From a bacterium (GTDB taxonomy: Bacteria > UBA8248): 64,000 bases of DNA. The position numbers were made by a program, and so were the translations under genes. The stretch is from assembly GCA_965221165.1 (NCBI GenBank), contig CBDCRP010000003.1:160001-224000 (forward strand), in the 5' to 3' direction. Shown one piece after another: positions 50,990 to 61,125 of the stretch; position 1 is the stretch's first letter; each line of letters begins with the position of its first letter. The notes under the pieces are model-generated. The model searched no databases and was not told the DNA's origin. It saw nothing but the letters and a program-made list of their open reading frames with translations.

Positions 50990-51388
50990 TTACTCTGCCT
51001 TGGATTCGCGGGGAGATAGGCTCGTCTGAGGCTTGGGGTCAGTTTGCGGCGCGCGCTCATCACGCATGGATGTGGGTTCAATGGTTTCTGGATTTCCCAT
51101 CGGCAGGAGCTTGCCGCTATTCTCCCGCGCCTCATCCAGATTGCTCTCCAACGTCTTTGCTTCGCGCTTCAATTTTCCGATTTGGCTCCTGAACTTCAAG
51201 CGGTCTAATGCCCCGCCAATCCATGCCACCATGAACCCGAATGCAAACACGGCCAACAGAATGTAAAAAAGAGGCAAGTTTATGCTGCCCTGATAATAGG
51301 CAACAGTCACCGGATTCATGTTGATGACACCGAAGCTCGAAATCGCCAATGCCAGTATCAAGCCGACGATGAGTCGAAAACTGCCCAT
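50990..51388 (-). CDS. LapA (DUF1049) family membrane protein
   Basis: Two TM helices with F...N...V.V / PL pattern followed by a coiled coil. Confidence 0.7.
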   Translation of the reverse strand: MGSFRLIVGLILALAISSFGVINMNPVTVAYYQGSINLPLFYILLAVFAFGFMVAWIGGALDRLKFRSQIGKLKREAKTLESNLDEARENSGKLLPMGNPETIEPTSMRDERAPQTDPKPQTSLSPRESKAE

Positions 51389-51411
51389 ATCACCACCAAT
51401 TCTAACGGGTT

Positions 51412-51918
51412 TTAGATTTCAAAATCAGGGCGGAATTGATTGTAGGTTGTCTCTAAACTCTCGGGAATCACCCGCACGCCGCCGAGGACGGGCATCAGAT
51501 TATGATCCCCCTCCCAGCGAGGAACGATATGCATGTGCAGATGGCCGACAATTCCTGCGCCCGCGCTTCTCCCGAGATTAAAACCCACGTTGAAGCCATC
51601 GGCATTCAAGCGCTTCTTCAGTATCCCTACACATTTTTGCGATATCAAAAAAATCTCCCGGCTCTCCCCCTCATCCAAACTTTCGTAGTCCTCGAGATGG
51701 CGAATCGGCACCACCATAAGATGCCCGTTCGTATAGGGGTATTTGTTCATCACAACATACGAGCGCTCGCTCCTGTGAAGAATCAAATTCTCCTTCCCGT
51801 CTTCTTTATCCAGCAAATCACAAAAAACACAGGCCGATTCCGCCTTCCCCTCCACTTCCCCGGAATCAGAATGACTCACCACATATTCCCTGCGCCATGG
51901 CGCCCATAATCTTTCCAC
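51412..51918 (-). CDS. HIT family hydrolase
   Basis: LWAPWR, CVFC, YPY..GH, HLHMHIVPRW.GD. Confidence 0.93.
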   Translation of the reverse strand: MERLWAPWRREYVVSHSDSGEVEGKAESACVFCDLLDKEDGKENLILHRSERSYVVMNKYPYTNGHLMVVPIRHLEDYESLDEGESREIFLISQKCVGILKKRLNADGFNVGFNLGRSAGAGIVGHLHMHIVPRWEGDHNLMPVLGGVRVIPESLETTYNQFRPDFEI

Positions 51919-52398
51919 TCAACGATTCCCCGGCTTTTGCCGCGACAACCATCCCCCCTCAAGCAGAGAGGCTATCCTGTTTTCTTCCTTTCTCATCCGG
52001 ACGGATTCCGCCTTCGTGTAATGATCATATCCCTTTAGATGTAAAAGGCCGTGGACAAGCAGACGATCCGCCAAGACTCCGCAATCAACCGACTCCTCCT
52101 GCGCCTGGCGAAATACCTCATCGACGGAGATGACCACCTCACCCCGAAATGTCTTCCTCTCTTCTTTCTCTCCCGTCAATGCAAAAGAATCCGCCGGCGG
52201 AAAAGCCAGGACATCCGTTGTTTCGTCTTCGCCTCGATACCGGGAATTCAACGCTCGCATCCCCTCGTCTCGAATGAATGCGATGCTGAACCAGTCATCT
52301 TCGGATCGGAGAGCCTTCCGTATGACCTCCAAGCGCCGCCTCAGCGCCTTGTGATCCAGAGCGAACAGTTCTTGCTCGTTTTTGATCAGAACTTCCAT
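51919..52398 (-). CDS. ybeY: rRNA maturation endoribonuclease YbeY
   Basis: LN..YR, TDVLAF, HGLLHL.GYDH; start reassigned to ATG 52398. Confidence 0.93.
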   Translation of the reverse strand: MEVLIKNEQELFALDHKALRRRLEVIRKALRSEDDWFSIAFIRDEGMRALNSRYRGEDETTDVLAFPPADSFALTGEKEERKTFRGEVVISVDEVFRQAQEESVDCGVLADRLLVHGLLHLKGYDHYTKAESVRMRKEENRIASLLEGGWLSRQKPGNR

Positions 52399-54781
52399 TC
52401 GCAGCGCCTTTCCTAGGAGCGTCTTCTTGTCCTGGATAATGAATCCGGTGATGATGAATACCAACCAGAACGCGCATGAAAGCATCCTGAATGTTGCTCA
52501 AATCCCTGAGCGTGAGGCTGCAATTATCCAGTTGCCCCTCCACAAAAGCACTCTGGACGATTCTATCCACCAAAGCGCTCAGACGTCCAAGGGAATGGTC
52601 CGAAAGCGAGTGCGTGGATGCCTCCACCATATCGGCCAACATCAGGATGCCTGCCTCTCTCGTCTGCGGCCTCGGCCCCGGATAGCGAAAAATCTCTTCT
52701 CTCACGTCATCCCCGTCCAGGCTCTTCGCTTTCTCGTAAAAAAATCGAATCAGGGATGTGCCATGATGTTGCTGGATTAAATCGATAATCTCTTTTGGCA
52801 GTTTGTGGCTTCTGGCGAGTTCAATACCTTCTTTCACATGGCTGACCAGGACGAGCGCGCTCATGTTGGGTTTGAGTCTGTCGTGGCGGTTTTTCGGCCC
52901 CTGGTTTTCGATAAAATACTCCGGCTTCATCATCTTGCCGATATCATGGAAATACGCACCCACGCGGGTGAGGAGCGGATTTGCCCCGATCGCCTCGGAC
53001 GCCTCCTCCGCCAGGTTCCCCACGAGGAGGCTATGGTGGTAAGTGCCCGGCGCGTTGACGACCATCTTCCTCAACAACGGATGGTTCTGGTCGGCCAGTT
53101 CCAGGAGCCGCATATCGGTCGTGAGCTTGAAAACCGACTCGAGCAGGGGCATGGCCCCCGCCACAATGATGACGTTCGAGAGACCGCCGAGCAAGGCGAT
53201 GGGAACATCGGTCCACTTCATAACCGCGGCGCCGAAACCCTCCTGCATGTTGAAACCCAGCGCGAGCGCGGCACCCAGCAGACCCAGCATGAGCGCTACT
53301 ATGAGCACGGAAGTCCTGCGCCGATATTCTTTCCAGCGAATGGCTGCGAGCACGCCGCCGGCCAGGGCGACGAGGCTGAAGTTCATGTGATTCGGCAAAA
53401 TCAATCCGGTGAGAACGGCGGAGAAAATCGCCATCAATACCGCAGATGATCGCCCCTGCAAAACGGCTGTGAGAAGAGAGGCGGAACAAAAAGGAATGAC
53501 ATAGTAAAACGAATGCAACGGGATTCCCCGGAAAGTTTCATGCAGCACCTGGGAGAAGAGAATCCCCATTTTCAGTAAAACGGCTTGGCTCAAGAGCAGT
53601 ATCATAAAAAGGGTTACGTTTTTGGGCGACGACAAAAAAGTCACGTCATACTTCTGCACGCAGACCCACGCCAAGACGAGCAGAATGAACACCACAAACG
53701 CCGTTCCCACGAAGTTGTCGAGCACGTGGCTTTGGCGGTAGATTTTCTCCAAACTTTTGAGTTTAGTGATTTGTCCTTCGTTCACCCGTTCACCCTCGCG
53801 AACGATCATCTCCCCTTGCTTGAGAATCTCGGAGACGGGCGGGACAGAGGCCGCGACTTTCTCTCTACTCTCGAGCGTCGCCCTGTTGTTGAACGTCAGC
53901 GTGGGTTGAACCATCTTCCGGACCTGGGAGATCAGCAAATCACCAATGCGCCGAGGTACTCTGCGGGATATCTTCCGGGTTTCTTGCTTGAGTAATTTAT
54001 CGACCTGTCTGAGCTCCAGGGGATTCATGGATCGGCTGACGGAGACGCGATTCCCCGTTCTAATGTCACGCGCCGTAATCCCCTTGGCCGCATGGGTGGC
54101 GTATAAGCGCTTATCACTCACGATTTGGCGCGAAAATGCCGCCTTCAACAACTTGGCGATATCCCCCCGAATCCAGTTCGCGAATCTCTCACTTCTCAGC
54201 CAGGCCGCCAGTTCCTTTGGAAGCGCGCCACCCACCAGCTTATGAAACGCGCTCTCCGCCTTGATGAAGGCAGGGGTAGCGTACATTTCCCGATAAACTT
54301 CCGACTCCGAAAAAAGCGTCCGGCTCTTTTGCTTGGCCCGTTTATTGAACTGCTCGGCTTTCACCTTCTCGAGTTCTTTGTCTATCGTCCGTTGAATGGA
54401 TTCAAATGCGCCATTCAACCTGTTGATGACAACTTGCGAGAGTTGGGTGTCGATATCGTAACGCGGCAAGACTTTTTCTCTCGCTGCCTGGCGTTTCGCG
54501 TTCGTGGCAATGGGGTCGACCACGCGCATGTCCTCAGGGGCTTTGATATCCCTGGGAACGACATCGCCCACCTCAAAAGACACGCGAGGGGCCGAAATAT
54601 CCGTTGTGAGCAGAAATGAAAGCACGGCGGCGAGCGTTCCGCCCAGAATCCACGGATAGGCCCTTGTGTTGGTAAACGCCAAGGCAGAATCCGCAATCCA
54701 TCGCCCCATCGACACACATAGACGCAAAAGGATGTTTTTGGGTTTTCCGGCCGTTTTCCCGGCGCCGGCTCGATGAATCAC
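52295..54781 (-). CDS. 7TM-HD / HDIG phosphohydrolase (PgpH-like)
   Basis: Large extracellular domain, multi-TM region, APGTYHHS, HDIGK, HHGT, FRYPGP.P, LAD. Confidence 0.92.
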   Translation of the reverse strand: MIHRAGAGKTAGKPKNILLRLCVSMGRWIADSALAFTNTRAYPWILGGTLAAVLSFLLTTDISAPRVSFEVGDVVPRDIKAPEDMRVVDPIATNAKRQAAREKVLPRYDIDTQLSQVVINRLNGAFESIQRTIDKELEKVKAEQFNKRAKQKSRTLFSESEVYREMYATPAFIKAESAFHKLVGGALPKELAAWLRSERFANWIRGDIAKLLKAAFSRQIVSDKRLYATHAAKGITARDIRTGNRVSVSRSMNPLELRQVDKLLKQETRKISRRVPRRIGDLLISQVRKMVQPTLTFNNRATLESREKVAASVPPVSEILKQGEMIVREGERVNEGQITKLKSLEKIYRQSHVLDNFVGTAFVVFILLVLAWVCVQKYDVTFLSSPKNVTLFMILLLSQAVLLKMGILFSQVLHETFRGIPLHSFYYVIPFCSASLLTAVLQGRSSAVLMAIFSAVLTGLILPNHMNFSLVALAGGVLAAIRWKEYRRRTSVLIVALMLGLLGAALALGFNMQEGFGAAVMKWTDVPIALLGGLSNVIIVAGAMPLLESVFKLTTDMRLLELADQNHPLLRKMVVNAPGTYHHSLLVGNLAEEASEAIGANPLLTRVGAYFHDIGKMMKPEYFIENQGPKNRHDRLKPNMSALVLVSHVKEGIELARSHKLPKEIIDLIQQHHGTSLIRFFYEKAKSLDGDDVREEIFRYPGPRPQTREAGILMLADMVEASTHSLSDHSLGRLSALVDRIVQSAFVEGQLDNCSLTLRDLSNIQDAFMRVLVGIHHHRIHYPGQEDAPRKGAANGSSDQKRARTVRSGSQGAEAALGGHTEGSPIRR

Positions 54782-54881
54782 GCGATCAACCTCCAGAATC
54801 CTTCAGCGACGAAGAGATCGTGGACGTATCGGCTATATGTGAACGCCCCCGGCAATCCAAGCACTCTTTTCGAGAACTCGC

Positions 54882-55901
54882 TTACAAATTGTGGGCCTCG
54901 TATGCAGAAACGATTTTTCTCACCAACTGCGTGCGAACCACATCGCGTTCACTGAAATAGACGAAACGAACTTCTTCTAGATCTCCCAAGACATCCTGAG
55001 CGTGAATCAGCCCGCATCCAGAGGTTCCGGGCAAGTCGATTTGCGTAATGTCCCCCGTGACGATCGCCTTGCTCCGGGCGCCGATGCGGGTGAGGAACAT
55101 TTTCATCTGCTCGGGCGTCGTATTCTGCGCCTCATCCAATATGATGAAGGAATCATTCAGCGAACGACCCCTCATATATGCGAGCGGGGCTATCTCGATT
55201 TCACCCCTTTGAATGAAACGCTCCACCCGCTCGAATTCCACCATATCGTTCAGGGCGTCAAACAACGGCCTGAGATATGGATTCACCTTCTCCTGCAAAT
55301 CGCCGGGCAAAAACCCGAGCTTCTCGCCCGCCTCCACCACGGGCCTCGTCAACACGATGCGGGCGTATGCCTTCTGCAACAATCCGGAAACCGCCATGGC
55401 CATGGCCAGATAGGTTTTCCCCGTACCGGCTGGTCCGATTCCGAATGTCACTCCCTTTTCACGAATCGCCCTTATGTATTCACTCTGAACCGGGCCTTTG
55501 GGAACGATGTATCGTTTCTTCGATAAAACCGATATCCGATTCATCACCAAAGAACGAAGCGTGACGTCGCGTTCCGCCGCCACGGTCTGAGCCAGTGTCT
55601 TGACGTTCAGCGGATCGAAACGAAATCCTTCGTCCACACATTCGGTCAACTCATCGAGGAAAAGTCCGGCTTTCTCGGCAGCATCCGGTGCGCCTTCTAC
55701 CACGAACCCCTCTGATGCGATTCTGATTTTTACGTCAAACGCCCTCTCCACCGCCTTGAGAGATTCATCCCGGTTTCCAATAATATGAACCAACCTATCC
55801 GGCCCGGCGAGCGGGCTTGCAGACGTCCTCGTCGCCAAAAGATTCAGGCTCCTCGTATCTCCATGCGTTCGGCTTTCTTCAATGGATACCCCATGCGCCA
55901 C
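54882..55901 (-). CDS. phoH: PhoH family ATPase
   Basis: GPAGTGKTYLA, RP.VEAGEKLGFLPGD, YMRGR, DEAQN, GD.TQIDLP. Confidence 0.95.
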   Translation of the reverse strand: MAHGVSIEESRTHGDTRSLNLLATRTSASPLAGPDRLVHIIGNRDESLKAVERAFDVKIRIASEGFVVEGAPDAAEKAGLFLDELTECVDEGFRFDPLNVKTLAQTVAAERDVTLRSLVMNRISVLSKKRYIVPKGPVQSEYIRAIREKGVTFGIGPAGTGKTYLAMAMAVSGLLQKAYARIVLTRPVVEAGEKLGFLPGDLQEKVNPYLRPLFDALNDMVEFERVERFIQRGEIEIAPLAYMRGRSLNDSFIILDEAQNTTPEQMKMFLTRIGARSKAIVTGDITQIDLPGTSGCGLIHAQDVLGDLEEVRFVYFSERDVVRTQLVRKIVSAYEAHNL

Positions 55902-55968
55902 CAGATCGTACGCCCCAGAATTTCAGTCGTCAACAAAAGAACTCTATTTTCCTTTCGCTTTTTATTCC

Positions 55969-56922
55969 CTATCCTCTCGGATGACTTTTGTCCAAAAGCC
56001 GCCGCAGCTTCTCCCGATCCACATGCGTATACACCTCGGTGGTGGAAATATCGGAATGTCCGAGCATCGCCTGGACAGCCCGCAAGTCCGCCCCATGATT
56101 AAGCAAATGGGTCGCGAAGCTGTGACGAAACATATGCGGGCTCACACTTTTGCCCACGCCCGCTTCTTTTGCCCATCGTTTCACCCGCGCCCAAAAGGCT
56201 TGACGCGTCATGGGCTCTCCCCTGCCCGTGAGAAATACATAATCCGACTTACGGGCGCGCAACAGACTCAGCCGAGCGGCATCCAGATAATCCGCAAGCA
56301 CGTCTTTTGCTCCGTCCCCTATCGGAACAAGGCGGGATTTATCCCCCTTTCCATGAACGATGCAAAAACCCGATTCAAGCTCAATTTGGTTGAGTTTGAG
56401 TTGAATGATCTCGCTGACGCGCATTCCGGTGGCATACAAAAGCTCGAACATGGCCCTGTCCCGAACCGCCTGCGGCGTCTTGTCATCGGGCGCCAGCAGA
56501 ATTTTGGACATCTCTTCTTGCGAGAGAGTCTTGGGCAGGCGCTTCCATTTCGAAGGCTGCGCGATGTCCGCCGTAAAATCCTCCTTTACGTACCCATCAC
56601 GGACCAACAGCTTGGCGAGCGCACGAATAGACGCCAGATGCCGGCGCAGCGTAGTGTCTGATTTTCCCTTCTCCCTCTTGCCCTTGAGATAAGAGACGAT
56701 GGTGGTCTTCGACCAATTCGCCGGTGATGCTTCTTCGTTTTCTTGCGCCCAGAAGAAAAATGATTCGATGTCGTGGCTGTAACTCTCCACGGTATTCACC
56801 GCGCGGCGGCGTTCGATGAGAAGAAAATCCCGAAACGTCCTTAAAATGTCGGCCAGGCGCGCATCAAGCGAAACTCCGCTATTTTTTTGATCGCCTTGAG
56901 TCGAAACTTTTTCCTTCACCAT
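55969..56922 (-). CDS. xerD: Site-specific tyrosine recombinase XerD
   Basis: RDRAM.ELLYATG.RVSE, GKG.K.R.VP, TRQ.FW, PH.FRHSFATHLL.HGADLR.VQ.MLGH..ISTT..Y. Confidence 0.93.
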   Translation of the reverse strand: MVKEKVSTQGDQKNSGVSLDARLADILRTFRDFLLIERRRAVNTVESYSHDIESFFFWAQENEEASPANWSKTTIVSYLKGKREKGKSDTTLRRHLASIRALAKLLVRDGYVKEDFTADIAQPSKWKRLPKTLSQEEMSKILLAPDDKTPQAVRDRAMFELLYATGMRVSEIIQLKLNQIELESGFCIVHGKGDKSRLVPIGDGAKDVLADYLDAARLSLLRARKSDYVFLTGRGEPMTRQAFWARVKRWAKEAGVGKSVSPHMFRHSFATHLLNHGADLRAVQAMLGHSDISTTEVYTHVDREKLRRLLDKSHPRG

Positions 56923-56938
56923 TGTTCGAACCTCATTT

Positions 56939-58618
56939 TCAGGATTTTCTCCATGCGAGGCGGGTGAAACGGCGCCAGGATTCGTAGGAGGAAACATCGA
57001 TTTTTTTCGCCATGAAGATATAGAAACAGGCGGCCAGGCAAACTTCGAGCATCATCATCAACAATTTCAGCACAGACGACACTTGCGCATCCCATAATTG
57101 CAGATGAACGAGTTGCAGATGAACGAAATACGCGAGCAGTCCCGTCAAGATTCCAAGCACCAGAAGCCTGTTCAGGGAATGGGCCAACTCTTTTTTCGGA
57201 AAATCGCTCCACTCCCGTATGATGCCTCTCAACAGCAATCCCGCGTTCAAGGCGCTCGAGCAAGACGTGGCGAGCGCGAGCCCGACAAACCCGAGAGGGA
57301 ACATCAAGGCGACGCTGAGCACCACGTTCGCGAGAACGGTGATATTGGCGCACCGCACAGGAAAGCTCGTGTTCAATCGAGCATGAAACACCCCCGCCAG
57401 AAGTCTCGTGACCCCGAAAAACATCAACCCCGCCGCATACGCCCGCAGGGCGGCCGCGCTCGCAACCGTATGGTTTTGCGTAAAAGCGCCCCGCTCGAAA
57501 ATGACTTCCATGGTCGGGTGGGCGAGAGCTATGAGCCCGAATGTCGCGGGAAGCGTGATGAACAGCGTCAGACGTCCCGCTTCGAGCATGGTGTTGCGCT
57601 CGGAATCTCCGGATTCGGAATTGCCTCTGTTTTTCGCCGCATAATCAGACAAAACCGGCAAAACGGCGGATACCACCGCGAGGCTCAATATCCCATGAGG
57701 AAGTTGCACCAATCGATTCGCATAGTAGAGATAGGAAATCGAGCCTTCGGCCAGGAACGAAGCCAGCCATCTATCAACGAGAATGTTGATCTGAAAAATA
57801 GCGCCTCCAAGAGCCGCCGGACCCATCAGCGCCAGGCATCTGCCGACGCCCTCCACCCGCCAGGGGATGGAGAGAACGGGCAATATCCGCAATTTCCTCA
57901 TGAAAGGAAGCTGGAAGAAAAACTGCGTGGCCCCACCGATTACGACGGCCCAGGCGAGCCAACGGATGGTCTCCGCCCTGCTCGCCAAAAAATCCGCCAG
58001 CAAAAGGGCGAAGATGATGACCACATTCTGGAGCGCGGGCGCGAAAGCGGGCACGAAAAAGCGGCGCGCCGCATTCAACATACCGGCCGCAACCGCCCAC
58101 AAGCCGATAAAAATAATGAACGGGAACATGAGCCTGGTGAGTTGCGCCGCGAGACGCAGTTTTTCCGGGTTACTCGAAAACCCGGGCGCCAGAGCTCTCA
58201 TCAAAGGCTCTGCGAACCAAATCCCAATCGCGCAGCCCGCGCTTCCCGCGAAGACGAGAAAGACCAACATGCCGCCGGCGAATTTTTGGGCCTCCCTGGC
58301 GCCGGATTTTTCACGCACGTCGGAGTAGACAGGAAGAAACGAGGAACTCAACGCCCCTTCCATGAACATGCGCCTGAAAAGATTGGGAATCGCGAATGCG
58401 ACGAAAAAAGCGTCGGCCATCATCGCGGCGCCAAAAAATTTGGCGATGAGCAAATCACGGAAAAAACCCGCAACCCGACTGATGAGAGTCGCCAGACTGA
58501 CGGGACCCGCAAACCTGGAGATGCTCTCCTCCGCCGGGGAATCGCCATTTTCTACTGGCGCAGCAGCAGATACATCTTCTTTTTGTCCTGGATTCGAGGA
58601 TTCAGGTGGCGTGGTCAC
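56939..58618 (-). CDS. murJ: Lipid II flippase MurJ
   Basis: SR..GF.RD, DAF..AF.IPN.FRR...EGA, LYYANRL.QLP. Confidence 0.95.
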   Translation of the reverse strand: MTTPPESSNPGQKEDVSAAAPVENGDSPAEESISRFAGPVSLATLISRVAGFFRDLLIAKFFGAAMMADAFFVAFAIPNLFRRMFMEGALSSSFLPVYSDVREKSGAREAQKFAGGMLVFLVFAGSAGCAIGIWFAEPLMRALAPGFSSNPEKLRLAAQLTRLMFPFIIFIGLWAVAAGMLNAARRFFVPAFAPALQNVVIIFALLLADFLASRAETIRWLAWAVVIGGATQFFFQLPFMRKLRILPVLSIPWRVEGVGRCLALMGPAALGGAIFQINILVDRWLASFLAEGSISYLYYANRLVQLPHGILSLAVVSAVLPVLSDYAAKNRGNSESGDSERNTMLEAGRLTLFITLPATFGLIALAHPTMEVIFERGAFTQNHTVASAAALRAYAAGLMFFGVTRLLAGVFHARLNTSFPVRCANITVLANVVLSVALMFPLGFVGLALATSCSSALNAGLLLRGIIREWSDFPKKELAHSLNRLLVLGILTGLLAYFVHLQLVHLQLWDAQVSSVLKLLMMMLEVCLAACFYIFMAKKIDVSSYESWRRFTRLAWRKS

Positions 58619-58645
58619 AAAATTCCTGACACCGGGGCGGTGAGC

Positions 58646-58673
58646 TTGACAACCCTTTGTTCCGTGGTATTTT
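58646..58673 (+). promoter_or_regulatory. Putative sigma70 promoter of rpsT
   Basis: TTGACA 58646-58651 and extended -10 TGGTATTTT 58665-58673. Confidence 0.55.
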
Positions 58674-58736
58674 ACCCGTGCTGCGAAGCGGCCTCAAGAG
58701 GAACATTTTAACCATATTCACGGAGAGTCAAACAAA

Positions 58737-58991
58737 TTGCCACATATTCGTTCGGCCAAAAAGCGCAATCGCCAGAACATCGTGCGCCGCGCCAAAAACC
58801 GCGCTATTCGATCCCAGTTTCGCAACACCATCAAAGAGGTTTTGAATAGCGAGGAAAACCCCGAAGAGTTGCTGAAAAAAGCCCAATCGCAATTGGACCG
58901 CGCAGCCACGAAAAGGATTATTCACAAGAAAACGGCATCGAGGCACGCGGGAAGATTGGCCAAGCGGGTTCACGCGGCATCTTCCAAATAA
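58737..58991 (+). CDS. rpsT: 30S ribosomal protein S20
   Basis: SAKKR.RQ...R...N, D.A..K.IIHK..ASR; TTG start after GGAG. Confidence 0.96.
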   Translation: MPHIRSAKKRNRQNIVRRAKNRAIRSQFRNTIKEVLNSEENPEELLKKAQSQLDRAATKRIIHKKTASRHAGRLAKRVHAASSK

Positions 58992-60035
58992 CTAGGCAAC
59001 CTTGTGCGTCCCGCTTCTTGAGGAACGCATATCCACCAAAAACAACTCGAGCGCCTGTCGGGCGACCTTTGTGTCGCTCGTCCGCTTCAGCTTGCGATCC
59101 ACCTGAAGCAGTTTCCCGTACAATTCGCGCAAGTAGGCGGAACGCAAACCCCTGACCTGCCCTTCGAGCCTTTTCGCCACAAAGGGCGGCAGACCCAGCA
59201 CTTCCGAAATCCCCTGGGCGCCTCGGCCGCTTCGAATCAAGGCTTTTGAAATCGCCCAGCGCCGAATCAAATTGCGCAACACTCCGATGAACACGACAGG
59301 GTGTTCGGTTTCCATCATCCGCCGCAAGAGAACGAGCGTTCCTCCCAAACTCCCCTGGCTGAGCGAATCACCCAGCTTGTAGAGCAACTCCTCTTTGGAA
59401 TGGCCGACGATTTCACGAATCTCCTCCGCACCGGCAAGCGTTCCGGGCATCAGGTATGCGGCAATCTTCTCGAGTTCCGTGTTGAGTCTCATCATCGAGG
59501 GCTTGACCATTTCCAGCAGTATGTCGGCGGCCTCCGGCCGCAATTCGAATCCCAGTTCCACCGCGCGCCCACGAAGCCACTGCTTTAGTTCCTGCTCCTC
59601 CAGGATATCCACCCGACAAACCTCGCTCGCCTTCACCAGGCGCTGGAAGAAAGTCGTTCGCATATCGGCGTTCTCCACACAAAAAACCGCCACCGTGGAC
59701 TCGGAGGGCTGCTCGAGATAGGAGAGGAAGATGGATTCCTCCCTCTCGGCCGGCCTGGCGAAATGGAGGATTTCGATGAGGCGCTTTTCCGCCAGGAACG
59801 GCAGCGTCTGTGCGATGGTGATGATTCCCGGCGCATCGGCCTCGGGCCAGTCGAAACGATCATGGTTGAAATCATCCGGCCCGTCGCCAAAAACCTTGCG
59901 ACGAATTACGCGCAAGTATTCATCGCGCAAAAAAGAGTCCTTGCCTTGCAAAAGGTATATGGGCCGAATCGGCGCGTTTTGCAGATCGGAGATCGCCGCC
60001 AGGGAACTCTTCGGCTTCCTGCGGCTCGGGGCCAA
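58992..60035 (-). CDS. holA: DNA polymerase III delta subunit
   Basis: PIYLL.G, A.TLPF...RL, ELEK; follows lptE; start reassigned to TTG 60035. Confidence 0.9.
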   Translation of the reverse strand: MAPSRRKPKSSLAAISDLQNAPIRPIYLLQGKDSFLRDEYLRVIRRKVFGDGPDDFNHDRFDWPEADAPGIITIAQTLPFLAEKRLIEILHFARPAEREESIFLSYLEQPSESTVAVFCVENADMRTTFFQRLVKASEVCRVDILEEQELKQWLRGRAVELGFELRPEAADILLEMVKPSMMRLNTELEKIAAYLMPGTLAGAEEIREIVGHSKEELLYKLGDSLSQGSLGGTLVLLRRMMETEHPVVFIGVLRNLIRRWAISKALIRSGRGAQGISEVLGLPPFVAKRLEGQVRGLRSAYLRELYGKLLQVDRKLKRTSDTKVARQALELFLVDMRSSRSGTHKVA

Positions 60036-60036
60036 T

Positions 60037-60573
60037 CTAAAAACCCTCCAGCACGAGGCTGACGACATCTTCCGAGAGAGAATCGGCCACTTTCTGATTC
60101 GCGCTCGAGCGGCTCGCGTCGCTTCGTGCAATGGATGAGGAAACCGCGAACTCGGCATAGGACTCCACATCCTGATTGACGAGCAATCTTCCCCGCTCCT
60201 TGTCGCGCAGCCGTATTCGGGTACGCACGACGACGCGGTATCGCCGAACCCTGTCGGCCCGCGTGAAGCCAATCGGAGAAAGGCGGTACTCGCGCAAAAC
60301 ACCTTCGAGCGCGATGTCCGCATCGGGAGAGTCGGAAAGCCGAAGGCGGCCGTCTCGCAAGAATCTTCCTCTCACCGTTTTCGTGACGGTGCGCCCAAGG
60401 CCCGGTTCGTTCGTCTGGTTCAGGAATGGAGGTATCGAAATCGTCCGCGCACCTTTCAGGTGCTCGGGGCGCCGGGTTCCCTCGAGATCGTAGCCGCAGC
60501 CCGCCACCAGGAGAACGCCCAGCAACAGTGCGAAACGCAATTTGTGAATCGTCCTTCGAAGAGCCCCGCTCAA
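60037..60573 (-). CDS. lptE: LPS assembly lipoprotein LptE
   Basis: Lipobox VAGCGY, F.N.T.EP; directly upstream of holA. Confidence 0.85.
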   Translation of the reverse strand: MSGALRRTIHKLRFALLLGVLLVAGCGYDLEGTRRPEHLKGARTISIPPFLNQTNEPGLGRTVTKTVRGRFLRDGRLRLSDSPDADIALEGVLREYRLSPIGFTRADRVRRYRVVVRTRIRLRDKERGRLLVNQDVESYAEFAVSSSIARSDASRSSANQKVADSLSEDVVSLVLEGF

Positions 60574-61124
60574 ATGAAAACCTCCAGGGAGAGTTCGCGG
60601 TTCTTCACGCTGCTGAAAGCAATTTGCTCGCTCAGCGCAATCAACTCGTCATATTTCTCTCCATCGGGTTCGCAAACAAGAATATCGACATCCCAAGGGG
60701 TTCCGATGACACCCCGTATCGCACCGTTCATGATCTCCGTGGCCGTGGGAGCGAAGCCGTCGGGAAGCTGCACAAAACCAGAAACCTGCATCGATAAATT
60801 CTGCGCCGACGCCCGCATCATTCTCCCGAAAATATCCTTTGCGCGCCGGTAGAGCCTCGTCAGGGTCAAATCCTCCCAGGAGCCGAGTCCTGCGAACAAT
60901 ACATATTCAGGCGCCAGTCGTCCCTTTGAGGCCAGCATGGCCTGCGACTCCCATGCGCCGCTCAATTTGCCCTGCCTCACCAGGCGGCTCGCCTCGCTCT
61001 CCAACAAGCGATCGATTTCTCCCAGTTGCCCCTGAAACGGAAAATCCTCCACTGCGAACATGGAAACGGCCGCGAAACTTTTCACTTCATCCAGTCCCTG
61101 GGGAAACAGGCGAATGCGTATCAC
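60570..61124 (-). CDS. Stand-alone M17 aminopeptidase N-terminal-like domain protein
   Basis: D..P..G..G.ID..L, G..SG, VLFAGLG pattern; no catalytic M17 domain. Confidence 0.6.
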   Translation of the reverse strand: MIRIRLFPQGLDEVKSFAAVSMFAVEDFPFQGQLGEIDRLLESEASRLVRQGKLSGAWESQAMLASKGRLAPEYVLFAGLGSWEDLTLTRLYRRAKDIFGRMMRASAQNLSMQVSGFVQLPDGFAPTATEIMNGAIRGVIGTPWDVDILVCEPDGEKYDELIALSEQIAFSSVKNRELSLEVFI

Positions 61125-61125
61125 C

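Noticed and set aside
52295-55901. phoH - 7TM-HD - ybeY as a novel signalling system
   Set aside because: This is a well-known, widely conserved gene cluster
55969-56922. Prophage or island integrase
   Set aside because: XerD-specific motifs and housekeeping context (murJ, phoH); no cargo or att duplication
57098-58711. Long plus-strand ORFs such as 57098-58711, 61782-63329, 10007-11458 and 6267-7469
   Set aside because: Antisense shadows of well-supported minus-strand genes in GC-rich DNA, with no recognisable motifs
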